From positions 320,001 through 384,000 of the forward strand of contig CAWJMT010000003.1 of assembly GCA_963844035.1 (NCBI GenBank): DNA of 64,000 bases, in the 5' to 3' direction. The DNA comes from an uncultured Gemmatimonadales bacterium. GTDB taxonomy: Bacteria; Gemmatimonadota; Gemmatimonadetes; Gemmatimonadales; GWC2-71-9. Under the pieces are notes generated by a model that saw only the letters and a program-made list of their open reading frames with translations, made no database searches and was not told where the DNA came from. Made by a program: the position numbers and the translations under genes. Positions 55,702 through 64,000 of this stretch are shown here, in pieces (position 1 is the first letter of the stretch; each line of letters opens with the position of its first letter).

Positions 55702-56878
55702 GCGTCGTCGAGGGCCGCGACCCCGGGGAGCGGCTTCCCTTCGAGAAACTCGAGCGATGCCCCACCACCCGTTGAGACGTGGGTGAACTTGTCCTCGAAG
55801 CCATGCACGGCCGCGGCCGAATCGCCGCCTCCGACTACCGTGATCGCTCCCCGCTTACCCGCTTCGACCAGAGCTTCCGCCACCGCGCGGGTGCCCTGAT
55901 CGAACGGCGGCGTCTCGAACACGCCCATCGGGCCGTTCCAGAAGATGGTTTTTGCCTTGAGGATGCGGCCGCGGAAATCGAGCCGCGTGGCCTTGTCGAT
56001 GTCGAACGCCGCCGTGTCGGAAGGAATCTTGTCGGCAGCGACTTCCCGTTTCTCGGAGGCACGCTCGAGGCTCGGCGCCACGACGACACCCTTCGGCAGG
56101 ATCAGCTTTGACCCCGCGCTGGCCATGAGGCTTTGTGCGAGCTCCACCTTGTCGCGCTCGATGAGCGACTTGCCGGTCGCGAAATCGAGGGCGAGGAAGA
56201 ACGTGTTGGCCATCGCGCCGCCGATCAGGATCTGGTCGACGTGCGGGAGCAGCGACTCGATGACGTCGATCTTGCCGGAGATCTTGGCGCCGCCCAGCAC
56301 CGCCACGTAGGGACGCTTGGGGTGCGTGAGCGCTTCGCCCAGATAGCGCAGCTCCTGCTCCACCAGCATCCCGGCCACCGCCGGCTTGAGCAGATGCGCC
56401 ACCGCCTCGGTGGACGCGTGCGCGCGGTGTGCTGAGCCGAACGCGTCGTTGACAAAGAAGTCACCCAGCTCGGCCAGCTGCCGGGCCAGCGCCGGGTCGT
56501 TCTTTTCTTCACCGGGCCAGAAGCGGGTGTTCTCGACCAGCGCGACGCCGCCCCGCGGCAGGCGACGGGTCACGCTCGCGCCCAGGCTCAGGTCGGGATG
56601 AACTCCACCGGCGCGCCGAGCAGAGACTCGAGCGACTTGACGATCTGCGCCAGCGAGAATGCGGGCTCGGGGCCGCCCTTGGGCCGGCCCAGGTGCGAGA
56701 GCAAGACGACGCGCGCCCCCTTCTCCCGCAGGTACCGAATGGTGGGGAGCGCGGCGCGGATGCGCGTGTCGTCGGTGACGCGACCGTCTTTGAGCGGGAC
56801 GTTGAAATCCACCCGCACCAGCGCCCGCTTGCCGTCCAGCGCCCCGGGCGGCAGGTCCCGCAGCGAACGTTTGCTCAC
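55698..56878 (-). CDS. pgk: Phosphoglycerate kinase (frameshift ~56590)
   Basis: [49 protein letters not shown]. Confidence 0.96.
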
Positions 56879-57882
56879 CGGCTCGCGATGTAGGCGAGGA
56901 GGTCGACGCAGCGCGCCGAGTACCCCATCTCGTTGTCGTACCACGAGGAGACGTGGATCATGTTGCCGTCCACCACGTTGGTGGACATTGAGTCCACGAC
57001 GCTCGAGAACAGGCTCCCGATGTAGTCGGACGACACGAGCGGCTCGTCGCACACATCGAGGACGCCTTTCAGCGCTCCTTGCGATGCCTTCTTGAATGCG
57101 GCGTTGATTTCCTCGATCGTGGTCTTCTTCTCGACTTCGGCGGTCAGGTCCACGAGGGAGACGTCGGGTGTCGGAACGCGGAGCGCGATGCCGTCGATTT
57201 TTCCCTTCACTTCGGGAATGACCAGGCTCGTCGCCTTGGCGGCGCCGGTGCTGGTCGGAATGATGTTCAGTGCGGCCGCGCGGGCACGGCGCAGATCCTT
57301 GTGCGGCAGGTCCTGCACGTTCTGGTCGTTGGTGTAGCTGTGGACAGTGGTCATGAAGCCGTGGCGGAAGCCCCAGTTATCGATGACGACGCGGACCACC
57401 GGCACCAGACAGTTCGTCGTGCACGACGCATTGGAAATGATCTTGTGCTTGGCGGGATCGTATTTCTGGTGATTCACGCCCATGACGATGGTGATGTCCT
57501 CGCCCTTGGCCGGTGCCGAGATGACGACGGTCTTCGCGCCTGCCGTGAGGTGCTTGGCGGCGGCGTCCCGATCGGTGAATCGCCCCGTGGACTCGAGCAC
57601 GATGTCGACCCCGAGATCACGCCAGGGAAGTTTCTCCGGCTCCTTGATGGCAGTCACCTTGATGACCTTGCCGTCCACTACCAGGGCATCCTGGCGGACC
57701 TCGACGCTCGCGGGAAACCGGCCGTGCACCGAGTCGTATTTCAGCAGGTGCGCCAGCGTGTTGGGGTCGGTAATGTCGTTCACCGCGACGAACTCGACGG
57801 CCGTCTGCTTCATCTTCAGCGCGGCGCGTATGACATTTCTCCCGATGCGACCGAACCCGTTGATCCCAACCCGAACGGCCAT
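56875..57882 (-). CDS. gap: Glyceraldehyde-3-phosphate dehydrogenase (type I)
   Basis: [39 protein letters not shown]. Confidence 0.98.
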   Translation of the reverse strand: MAVRVGINGFGRIGRNVIRAALKMKQTAVEFVAVNDITDPNTLAHLLKYDSVHGRFPASVEVRQDALVVDGKVIKVTAIKEPEKLPWRDLGVDIVLESTGRFTDRDAAAKHLTAGAKTVVISAPAKGEDITIVMGVNHQKYDPAKHKIISNASCTTNCLVPVVRVVIDNWGFRHGFMTTVHSYTNDQNVQDLPHKDLRRARAAALNIIPTSTGAAKATSLVIPEVKGKIDGIALRVPTPDVSLVDLTAEVEKKTTIEEINAAFKKASQGALKGVLDVCDEPLVSSDYIGSLFSSVVDSMSTNVVDGNMIHVSSWYDNEMGYSARCVDLLAYIASR

Positions 57883-57892
57883 GCGGCACTCC

Positions 57893-58643
57893 TTATGTGA
57901 AATCGGGGATGACGGCTCGCCCGAACGTGACGGCCATGATGGACCGGGCACCAGCGTCCTGCAAGGCCCGGGCCGCCGCCGCTAGGGTTGCGCCCGTCGT
58001 GAAAACATCGTCCACGAGCACCAATGTGGAATGCGGAATGGGGAATGCGGAATGTTTGGGGAGAAGCGTCATTCCGCATTCCGCATTCCCCACTCCGCAC
58101 TTGAAACGCCCCCGCCACATTCGCTAGGCGCAAGGCCGGTGTCAACGCCGTCTGCGTTGCCGTATCGCGGGTGCGCACGAGGAGTTCGCGGACCGGGCAC
58201 CCCCACCGGGGGGCAAGATGGCGGGCGAGGCGCTCGCTCTGGTTGTACCCCCGAGCCCGTAGCCGCCGCGCCGCCAACGGGATCGGAACGAGGGTAGCGG
58301 CTGCGATATCGGGAAGGGAGACCCGCGCCATTGCGGCCGTGAGGTCGCCCGCGATCCGCGGCAGGCCGCCGTATTTGAGCGCGTGGACGGCACTACGTGC
58401 GGCGGCATCGAGCCAGACCGCCGATCTGGCGCAGTGCAGCGCCTCTGGCCAATCGTGGCAGATACGACACAGCCCGAACGAGGGCTCCGGCTGGCCGCAG
58501 CGCGCGCACCAGGGGGGAACGACGGGACGCCAGCGATGCCGGCACACCTGGCAGACGAGGGTGGCCGAGCGGTCGAACGGGAGCAGACTGTGGCACAATA
58601 GACATTCAGCCGGCAGGACGAGCTGCTCGAAGGCGCTACGCAC
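57893..58643 (-). CDS. ComF family protein (Zn ribbons + PRTase); frame shifts inside a repeat insertion
   Basis: CLLC/CQVC/CARC/CRIC, LKY, RGYNQS, and [12 protein letters not shown] in the next frame. Confidence 0.88.
58023..58102. repeat. Inverted heptamer cassette (AATGCGG-type x4, 15-nt loop, CATTCCG-type x4) inside comF
   Basis: aatgtgg aatgcgg aatgggg aatgcgg aatg-tttggggagaagcgt-cattccg cattccg cattccc cactccg cactt. Confidence 0.9.
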
Positions 58644-59457
58644 GCAAGGCGTGATTGACCGCCGCCCGCATCACCTCCATCGGTGCATCGGCTCCTGGGA
58701 AGAAGTGAACGAAGGCCGCGGCCCCCTGCTGGACCAGCACCTCCCGGCCGTCCTGAACGGTGACCCCGGTTGCCCGTAATAGGCGTACCCAGCGGGTTTC
58801 CCCAGGCGCGTAGACGAGGTCCAACGCAGCCTCCAGACCCCGAATGCGCGACATGTCGAGGGGCAGCGGGTCCGTCTCTTTCAGCCCGAGCGGTGTGGCA
58901 TTGATGGCCACCTCCGGCGCCACGTCCCCGCGGGCGGGATGCGCGTCTGCGCCGCGGGCTTTGGCCCAGGCGACGAACTGGTCGGCCCGGGCGGGATCGC
59001 GCGACAGCACGTACAGCGCTGCGCGCGCATCAGCGGCGGCAACCGCCACGGCGCGGGCGCTGCCGCCCGTGCCGATCAGGAGCCACTTTGCAGCGCGGTC
59101 CGCGCCGAGCTGTCGGAGCGACGCGAGCACGCCCGCCACGTCGGTGTTGTCCCCTACCAGCTGTCCCTGATCACTCCAGAACGTATTGCACGCGCCGACA
59201 CGCGCGCACAGATCTGTTTTGCGCGTAAGACATCGTTCTGCCGCCTCTTTGTGCGGCACGGTGACGTTGCCCGCGGCACCGATCGCCGCGCATGCGGAGA
59301 GCAGCGAAGGGACCGAGGCGGCGGGGCAGCGCAGCGCCACGTACACGGCGTCCAAGCCCAGCGCCCGGCAGGCGGCGTTGTGCATCGCCGGCGAGAGCGA
59401 GTGCTGCACCGGATCGCCGATCACCGCCAGCAGGCGGGTCTTAGCGCTGATCTCCAC
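58636..59457 (-). CDS. aroE: Shikimate dehydrogenase
   Basis: GDPVQHSLSPAMHN, NVTVPHKE, GACNT, GDNTD, INATPLG, DLVY. Confidence 0.93.
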   Translation of the reverse strand: MEISAKTRLLAVIGDPVQHSLSPAMHNAACRALGLDAVYVALRCPAASVPSLLSACAAIGAAGNVTVPHKEAAERCLTRKTDLCARVGACNTFWSDQGQLVGDNTDVAGVLASLRQLGADRAAKWLLIGTGGSARAVAVAAADARAALYVLSRDPARADQFVAWAKARGADAHPARGDVAPEVAINATPLGLKETDPLPLDMSRIRGLEAALDLVYAPGETRWVRLLRATGVTVQDGREVLVQQGAAAFVHFFPGADAPMEVMRAAVNHALRA

Positions 59458-59917
59458 GTCCCGCTTCGGTCACAATGCGGTCCACTGCGGTGGCGACCAG
59501 CGCCGTCAGCTCGACGCAGGTGTCGCGATACACGTTGAGGTCGCCCCCGAATGGGTCGCTCACTTCCGCGCTCTCGCCCGTGCGACCGGCGTATTCGCCG
59601 AACACGAACACGTGGCCCTGGCCGCCGAGCTCATCAACACGAGCGCGGTGGTGGCGTGCCATGGTCAGAATGAGGTCCGAGCGCTCGACCAGGTCGCGCG
59701 TGAGCAGCCGCGCGCGGTGCGCCGACAGATCCAGCCCCTGCTCCAGGGCGACCAGATAGGCGCCTTCCGATACCGGCGCACCATCCCACGCCCCGGTTCC
59801 TGCCGACGACACCTCGATTTCCTGCACCCCGCGATCCGCGAGCGCGCGCTGCAGCAGCGCAGCCGCCAATGGGCTGCGGCAGATGTTGCCGGTGCATACC
59901 AACAGAATCCGTTTCAT
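59441..59917 (-). CDS. Low-molecular-weight protein phosphatase (LMW-PTP/YwlE family)
   Basis: LLVCTGNICRSPLA, SAGT, DLILTM, VSDPFGG. Confidence 0.92.
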   Translation of the reverse strand: MKRILLVCTGNICRSPLAAALLQRALADRGVQEIEVSSAGTGAWDGAPVSEGAYLVALEQGLDLSAHRARLLTRDLVERSDLILTMARHHRARVDELGGQGHVFVFGEYAGRTGESAEVSDPFGGDLNVYRDTCVELTALVATAVDRIVTEAGRGDQR

Positions 59918-59921
59918 GGAA

Positions 59922-60575
59922 TCATGGGGCGAGCGAGCCCGCCGCGCGCCGCAGCTCGGCAACTGTAATCGCGCCTTCGCGCACCAGGCGGGGAGGTGTC
60001 TGGGTGCAGTCGACAATCGTAGACGACGGCGAGTTGCCGAGCACGCCCCCATCCAGCACGAGGAGCTGCCCCCGCTCCACCGCGGCCGCGAAATCGCGCA
60101 CGATCGCGTCGGCTCCCGGGGCCGGCGGCTGCCCGGGAAGATTGGCGGAGGTGGAGGTCAACGGGTGGTCGAGCGCGGAGACCAGGCGCGCGATGGCGCG
60201 ATGCGACGTCCACCGCACGGCGATCCCGCCCTCGGGCCCCCGCAACTCGTCGGGCAGCCGTCCGCCGCCGCCCGGCAACACGAGGGTCAGCGGACCGGGC
60301 CAGAACGCGCGCGCCAGGGCGTTCGCTCCGTCGCCGAAGGCCAGGCCCTGCTCCTCCGCCATCGGCCGGCCGCTCACCAACAACAGAAACGGCTTGTCCG
60401 CGCGGCGCCCCTTCAGTCGGGCCAGGGCCCGCACGTCTTCGACCCGCGGCGTGGATCCCAGCCCGTACACCGTTTCGGTGGGATAGGCCAGCAGTCCTCC
60501 CCCCTTGAGGTGCGCCACGACGCGCGGAAGCGCCGCCTCGACCTCGGCGGTGGTGGTGAACGGAATCGCAATCAC
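59922..60575 (-). CDS. tsaC: L-threonylcarbamoyladenylate synthase (YrdC domain only)
   Basis: YPTETVYGLG, LKGRRADKP, FWPGPLTLV, STSANLPG, STIVD. Confidence 0.92.
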   Translation of the reverse strand: MIAIPFTTTAEVEAALPRVVAHLKGGGLLAYPTETVYGLGSTPRVEDVRALARLKGRRADKPFLLLVSGRPMAEEQGLAFGDGANALARAFWPGPLTLVLPGGGGRLPDELRGPEGGIAVRWTSHRAIARLVSALDHPLTSTSANLPGQPPAPGADAIVRDFAAAVERGQLLVLDGGVLGNSPSSTIVDCTQTPPRLVREGAITVAELRRAAGSLAP

Positions 60576-61279
60576 GGGAGCTCACGGGCGAACGCTTCGG
60601 CAAGACGAAAGTCATCAGCGGTCGTCACCTTCAGGTTGTGCGCAGAGTCCGCGACAACGTTGACCGGAAACCCCGCGCGCTCGCACAGCTCCGCGTCATC
60701 GGTGGGCGGCGGATCGTCGCCCCGCAACCGGCCGTAGGCGGCCTCGAGCATCGGCCGGGGGAATCCCTGCGGTGTTTGCGCACGCCAGAGTGTGTCGCGC
60801 GCCACGGTGCGTGCGATCCGGGCGCCCTGGCCGATCTGCTTGATCGTGTCACTCATCGGCACCGCCGCCACCGCGCCCACACCGCTCCGGGCGCAGGCGA
60901 TCACCGCGTCGATCGTTTCCCGGCTGACGAACGGGCGGGCCGCGTCATGGACCAGGACGATCTGTACGTCCGGGGTGAGCGCGCCCAGTGCGGCGCGCAC
61001 GGAGTCCGCACGCGTGGCACCGCCGGTCACGAACGCCACCCGCTCGCCGCGCACGGCGCGGAGCCACTCGGGAGGATCGTCGGCAATCCCTGCCGGCAGT
61101 GCGATGGTCACGCGCGCGACTTCGGGGTGTGAGGTGAACGGGCGCAGGGCGCGCAGCAGCAGCGGGACGCCGGCGATGGATCGGAACTGCTTCGGCTCGC
61201 CCGACCCGGCGCGCACGCCCGCGCCGGCGGCGACGATGACGACCCCGACTTCAAGCGGCGAGGCGGCGCGCGAGCTCAC
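60572..61279 (-). CDS. ispD: 2-C-methyl-D-erythritol 4-phosphate cytidylyltransferase
   Basis: VAAGAGVR, PKQF, GGATRADSV, VHDAARP, AQTPQGF, TDDA, NLKVTT. Confidence 0.95.
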   Translation of the reverse strand: MSSRAASPLEVGVVIVAAGAGVRAGSGEPKQFRSIAGVPLLLRALRPFTSHPEVARVTIALPAGIADDPPEWLRAVRGERVAFVTGGATRADSVRAALGALTPDVQIVLVHDAARPFVSRETIDAVIACARSGVGAVAAVPMSDTIKQIGQGARIARTVARDTLWRAQTPQGFPRPMLEAAYGRLRGDDPPPTDDAELCERAGFPVNVVADSAHNLKVTTADDFRLAEAFARELP

Positions 61280-62612
61280 CGATTCCTTCCATCCCCACCA
61301 CTTCGATTCCCTCCGCCGTTACCCGTGTTCGGGCACTGACAAACGCACGCCGGAACCCCTGGCGCGACGCCTCCGCGAGCCGGCGCTCGACACCCACGAC
61401 CGGGCGAATCTCCCCGCCCAGGCCCACTTCCCCCAGGAACAGTGCGTCGGCCGGGACGGGGCGGTCGTGCACACTGGACACCAGGGCCGCCAGCACGGCC
61501 AGATCGGTTGAGGGCTCGAGCAGTCGCATGCCGCCGGTCACATTCACGAACACGTCGAGGTTCCCGAACGGCAGCGAGCCGCGCCGTTCCAGGACCGCGA
61601 GCAGCAGCGCCAGCCGGCGTTGATCGAGGCCGGTGGCCACGCGTTGCGGCGTGCCGAATCCCGCCTTGGTCGCGAGCGCCTGAATTTCGACCAGCATCGG
61701 ACGGCTGCCCTCGAGCAGTGCCGTGACGGCCGAGCCCGACACGCCGGTCACGCGGCTCGCCAGAAACGCCGCCGCTGGATCGGGGACCGGGTCGAGGCCC
61801 GTCCCGGTCATCCGGAACACACCGATCTCATCCACCGACCCGAACCGGTTCTTTACCGCGCGCAGGATGCGGTGATCGAGCGTCGCTTCGCCCTCGAAAT
61901 AGAGGACCGTATCCACGATGTGTTCGAGCGTGCGCGGCCCCGCGATCCCACCCCCCTTGGTGACGTGCCCCACGAGCAGCACCGCCGGCCCCGCCTCCTT
62001 CGCGAACCGCATGAGGCGGGCGGCGCACTCGCGCACCTGGCCCACATTTCCGGGCGCGCCCTCGAGCGCGTCGGTGAAGCTCGTCTGGATCGAGTCGACG
62101 ATGACGACGCGCGCGCTCACCGCCTCGGCGTGGGCGATCATCGCCTCGATGCGGGTCTCGCCCAGGACGTGCACCTGCCCGGCATCGTCTGACAGGCGGT
62201 CGGCGCGCAGCCGCAGCTGGTGGGGCGACTCCTCGCCCGAGACGTACAGCGTCGCGACGCCCGCGGCCTCGAGCCGCGCCGCGCATTGCAACAAGAGGGT
62301 GGACTTGCCGATGCCCGGTTCGCCCCCGATCAGCACAACGGATCCCGGCACGATGCCGCCGCCCAGCACGAAGTCGAACTCCTTGAGCCCGGTGCGCCAG
62401 CGGGAGAGGTCTCCCCCTCCCTCGACGGCGGACAGGCGGACGGGCGGTCGGCCGGTCAAGTCACCCGACCGCCTGACCGCCCGACCGCCGGACCGCCCGA
62501 TTGGCTCCTCCACCATCGTGTTCCAAGCGCCGCACGCTTCGCAGCGGCCGGACCATTTGGGCTGTTCCGCGCCGCAGTCGCTGCAGCGAAACACGGAGTG
62601 GGCCTTAGCCAC
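61251..62612 (-). CDS. radA: DNA repair protein RadA/Sms
   Basis: CSDC...CEAC Zn finger, GEPGIGKST, KNRFG, GEVGLGGEIR. Confidence 0.97.
   Translation of the reverse strand: MAKAHSVFRCSDCGAEQPKWSGRCEACGAWNTMVEEPIGRSGGRAVRRSGDLTGRPPVRLSAVEGGGDLSRWRTGLKEFDFVLGGGIVPGSVVLIGGEPGIGKSTLLLQCAARLEAAGVATLYVSGEESPHQLRLRADRLSDDAGQVHVLGETRIEAMIAHAEAVSARVVIVDSIQTSFTDALEGAPGNVGQVRECAARLMRFAKEAGPAVLLVGHVTKGGGIAGPRTLEHIVDTVLYFEGEATLDHRILRAVKNRFGSVDEIGVFRMTGTGLDPVPDPAAAFLASRVTGVSGSAVTALLEGSRPMLVEIQALATKAGFGTPQRVATGLDQRRLALLLAVLERRGSLPFGNLDVFVNVTGGMRLLEPSTDLAVLAALVSSVHDRPVPADALFLGEVGLGGEIRPVVGVERRLAEASRQGFRRAFVSARTRVTAEGIEVVGMEGIGELARRLAA
62427..62497. repeat. Inverted octamer cassette (GGCGGWCR-type x4, 7-nt loop, NGACCGCC x4) in frame within radA
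   Basis: ggcggaca ggcggacg ggcggtcg gccggtca-agtcacc-cgaccgcc tgaccgcc cgaccgcc ggaccgcc. Confidence 0.9.
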
Positions 62613-64000
62613 GGGCGGCGTCGGGCGGGGCGTCGCGGGTCGTGCGGTTATCGAACCGGGTGTACTCCTTCTTGAAGTACAGCGGCACCGTCCCGGTGGG
62701 GCCGTTGCGCTGCTTGCCGACGATCAACTCGGCGAGGCCCTCGATGTTGTTGCCATCCTTGTCGGTGGAGCCGTCGTACATCTCCTGGCGGAAGATAAAC
62801 ATGACGACGTCGGCGTCCTGCTCGATCGCGCCCGACTCGCGCAGGTCCGACAACTGGGGCTTGTGGTCCCCGGCGCGTTGGTCGGGCGCGCGCGAGAGCT
62901 GTGACAGCGCGACGACGGGGATATCCAGCTCCTTGGCCAGCGCCTTGAGCGACCGGGAGATCTGCGAGATCTCCTGCTGGCGGCTTTCGGCATCGCTCGG
63001 CCCCTGCATCAGCTGCAGGTAGTCCACGACGATCATGCCGATGTTGTGATCCGCCTTGAGGCGGCGGGCCTTGGAGCGCATCGCCAGCGGCGTGATGGCC
63101 GCCGAGTCGTCGATCCAGATCGGCGCCGTCCCGAGCAGGCCGGCCGCGCGCGCCAGCTTGGGGTAGTCGTCGTCGCGCAGCTGGCCGCGCCGCAAGCGCT
63201 GCGCGTCCACCAGCCCCTCGGAGCAGAGCAGGCGCTGCACCAGCTGGTCCTTGGACATTTCGAGCGAGAAGATGCCGACGCCGATGTTGTGCTCGATGGC
63301 GGCGTGCTGGATCACATTCAGAATCAGCGCGGTCTTTCCCATCGACGGGCGGGCGGCCACGATGATCAAGTCGGCGCGCTGGAAGCCCGCGGTCAGGCGG
63401 TCCAGGTCCACGAACCCGCTCGGGACCCCGGTCACGGCGCCGGCTCCGCTCTGGAGCTGCTCGATGCGCTCCATCGTGGGCCAGATCAGCTCCTTCAGCC
63501 GGATGAACTCCTCCGTGCGCCGGAGCTGCGCCACCTGGAAGATGCGGTGCTCCGCGTTGTCCAGCACATCGCTGGGCATGCCGCGGCCTTCATACGCTTC
63601 CTGGACGATGGCGGTGGCGGCTTCGATCAACCGCCGCAGCAGCGCCTTGTCGCGTACGATGCGCCCGTGGTACTCGATGTTGGCGGCGGTCGGCACGACG
63701 TCGATGAGGGAGCCGATGTACTCCATGCCGCCGACCCGATCGAGGTCACCGCGCTTGACCAGCTCGTCGCGCAGCGTCACCGGATCCACGACGTCGCCGC
63801 GCTCGGTGAGGGTGGTCATGGCACGGAACAACAGCCGGTGTCCCTCGCGATAGAACATCGTATCGTCGAGGACTTCCGCCGCCTTCAGGGCGGCGTCTTG
63901 ATCGAGCAGCATGGCGCCGAGCACCGCCTGCTCCGCTTCGTTGCTCCACGGAGCCTGGCGGCCGGCGTACTCGCGTTCAGTCGAGGAGACGGCGGGCGAT
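62605..64000 (-). CDS. dnaB: Replicative DNA helicase (5' end beyond the window)
   Basis: PWSNEAEQAVLGAML, AARPSMGKT, FSLEM, VDYLQL, LSQLSR, DLRESGAIEQDAD, KQRNGPTG. The frame stays open to the window edge. Confidence 0.97.
   Translation of the reverse strand, partial: SPAVSSTEREYAGRQAPWSNEAEQAVLGAMLLDQDAALKAAEVLDDTMFYREGHRLLFRAMTTLTERGDVVDPVTLRDELVKRGDLDRVGGMEYIGSLIDVVPTAANIEYHGRIVRDKALLRRLIEAATAIVQEAYEGRGMPSDVLDNAEHRIFQVAQLRRTEEFIRLKELIWPTMERIEQLQSGAGAVTGVPSGFVDLDRLTAGFQRADLIIVAARPSMGKTALILNVIQHAAIEHNIGVGIFSLEMSKDQLVQRLLCSEGLVDAQRLRRGQLRDDDYPKLARAAGLLGTAPIWIDDSAAITPLAMRSKARRLKADHNIGMIVVDYLQLMQGPSDAESRQQEISQISRSLKALAKELDIPVVALSQLSRAPDQRAGDHKPQLSDLRESGAIEQDADVVMFIFRQEMYDGSTDKDGNNIEGLAELIVGKQRNGPTGTVPLYFKKEYTRFDNRTTRDAPPDAARG

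Overview
This is a high-GC bacterial chromosome segment made almost entirely of housekeeping genes, most of them tightly packed on the minus strand. Gene content and style suggest Gemmatimonadota (inference). Reading in transcription order from the right end, it carries dnaB(partial)-radA-ispD-tsaC-LMW phosphatase-aroE-comF-gap-pgk-tpiA-secG-carA, an HU/IHF gene, an M61 peptidase, trmL and mdh. A plus-strand block holds a hybrid histidine kinase, a small Zn-finger membrane protein and sdhCAB. Next come an M28 peptidase, pgi, dcd(+), a complete nuoA-N operon, PMM/PGM, UPF0182, sucCD (one fused ORF here), a PTS-EIIA-CBS protein and ndk. These are followed by yceD-rpmF-plsX-fabHDG-acpP-fabF-mqnEAC-purE-ispF-dedA, then mscL, a DinB-family gene, xerD, a Ser/Thr kinase-TPR protein, trpG/pabA, kdsB and partial pyrG. 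More than 20 genes, many essential, contain single-base frameshifts that look like long-read consensus errors rather than pseudogenes. I found no rRNA, tRNA, CRISPR array, transposase or prophage. The most unusual signals are at the DNA level. (1) Dispersed 7-10 bp tandem micro-repeats occur either as inverted hairpin cassettes inside protein linkers (radA, comF) or filling whole gene junctions. (2) A TANNNT -10 box recurs 5-10 nt upstream of start codons that have no Shine-Dalgarno site (probable leaderless mRNAs), and it sometimes uses the upstream gene's stop codon. At the protein level, the PTS-EIIA-CBS fusion between sucD and ndk is the best candidate for an uncharacterised regulator.
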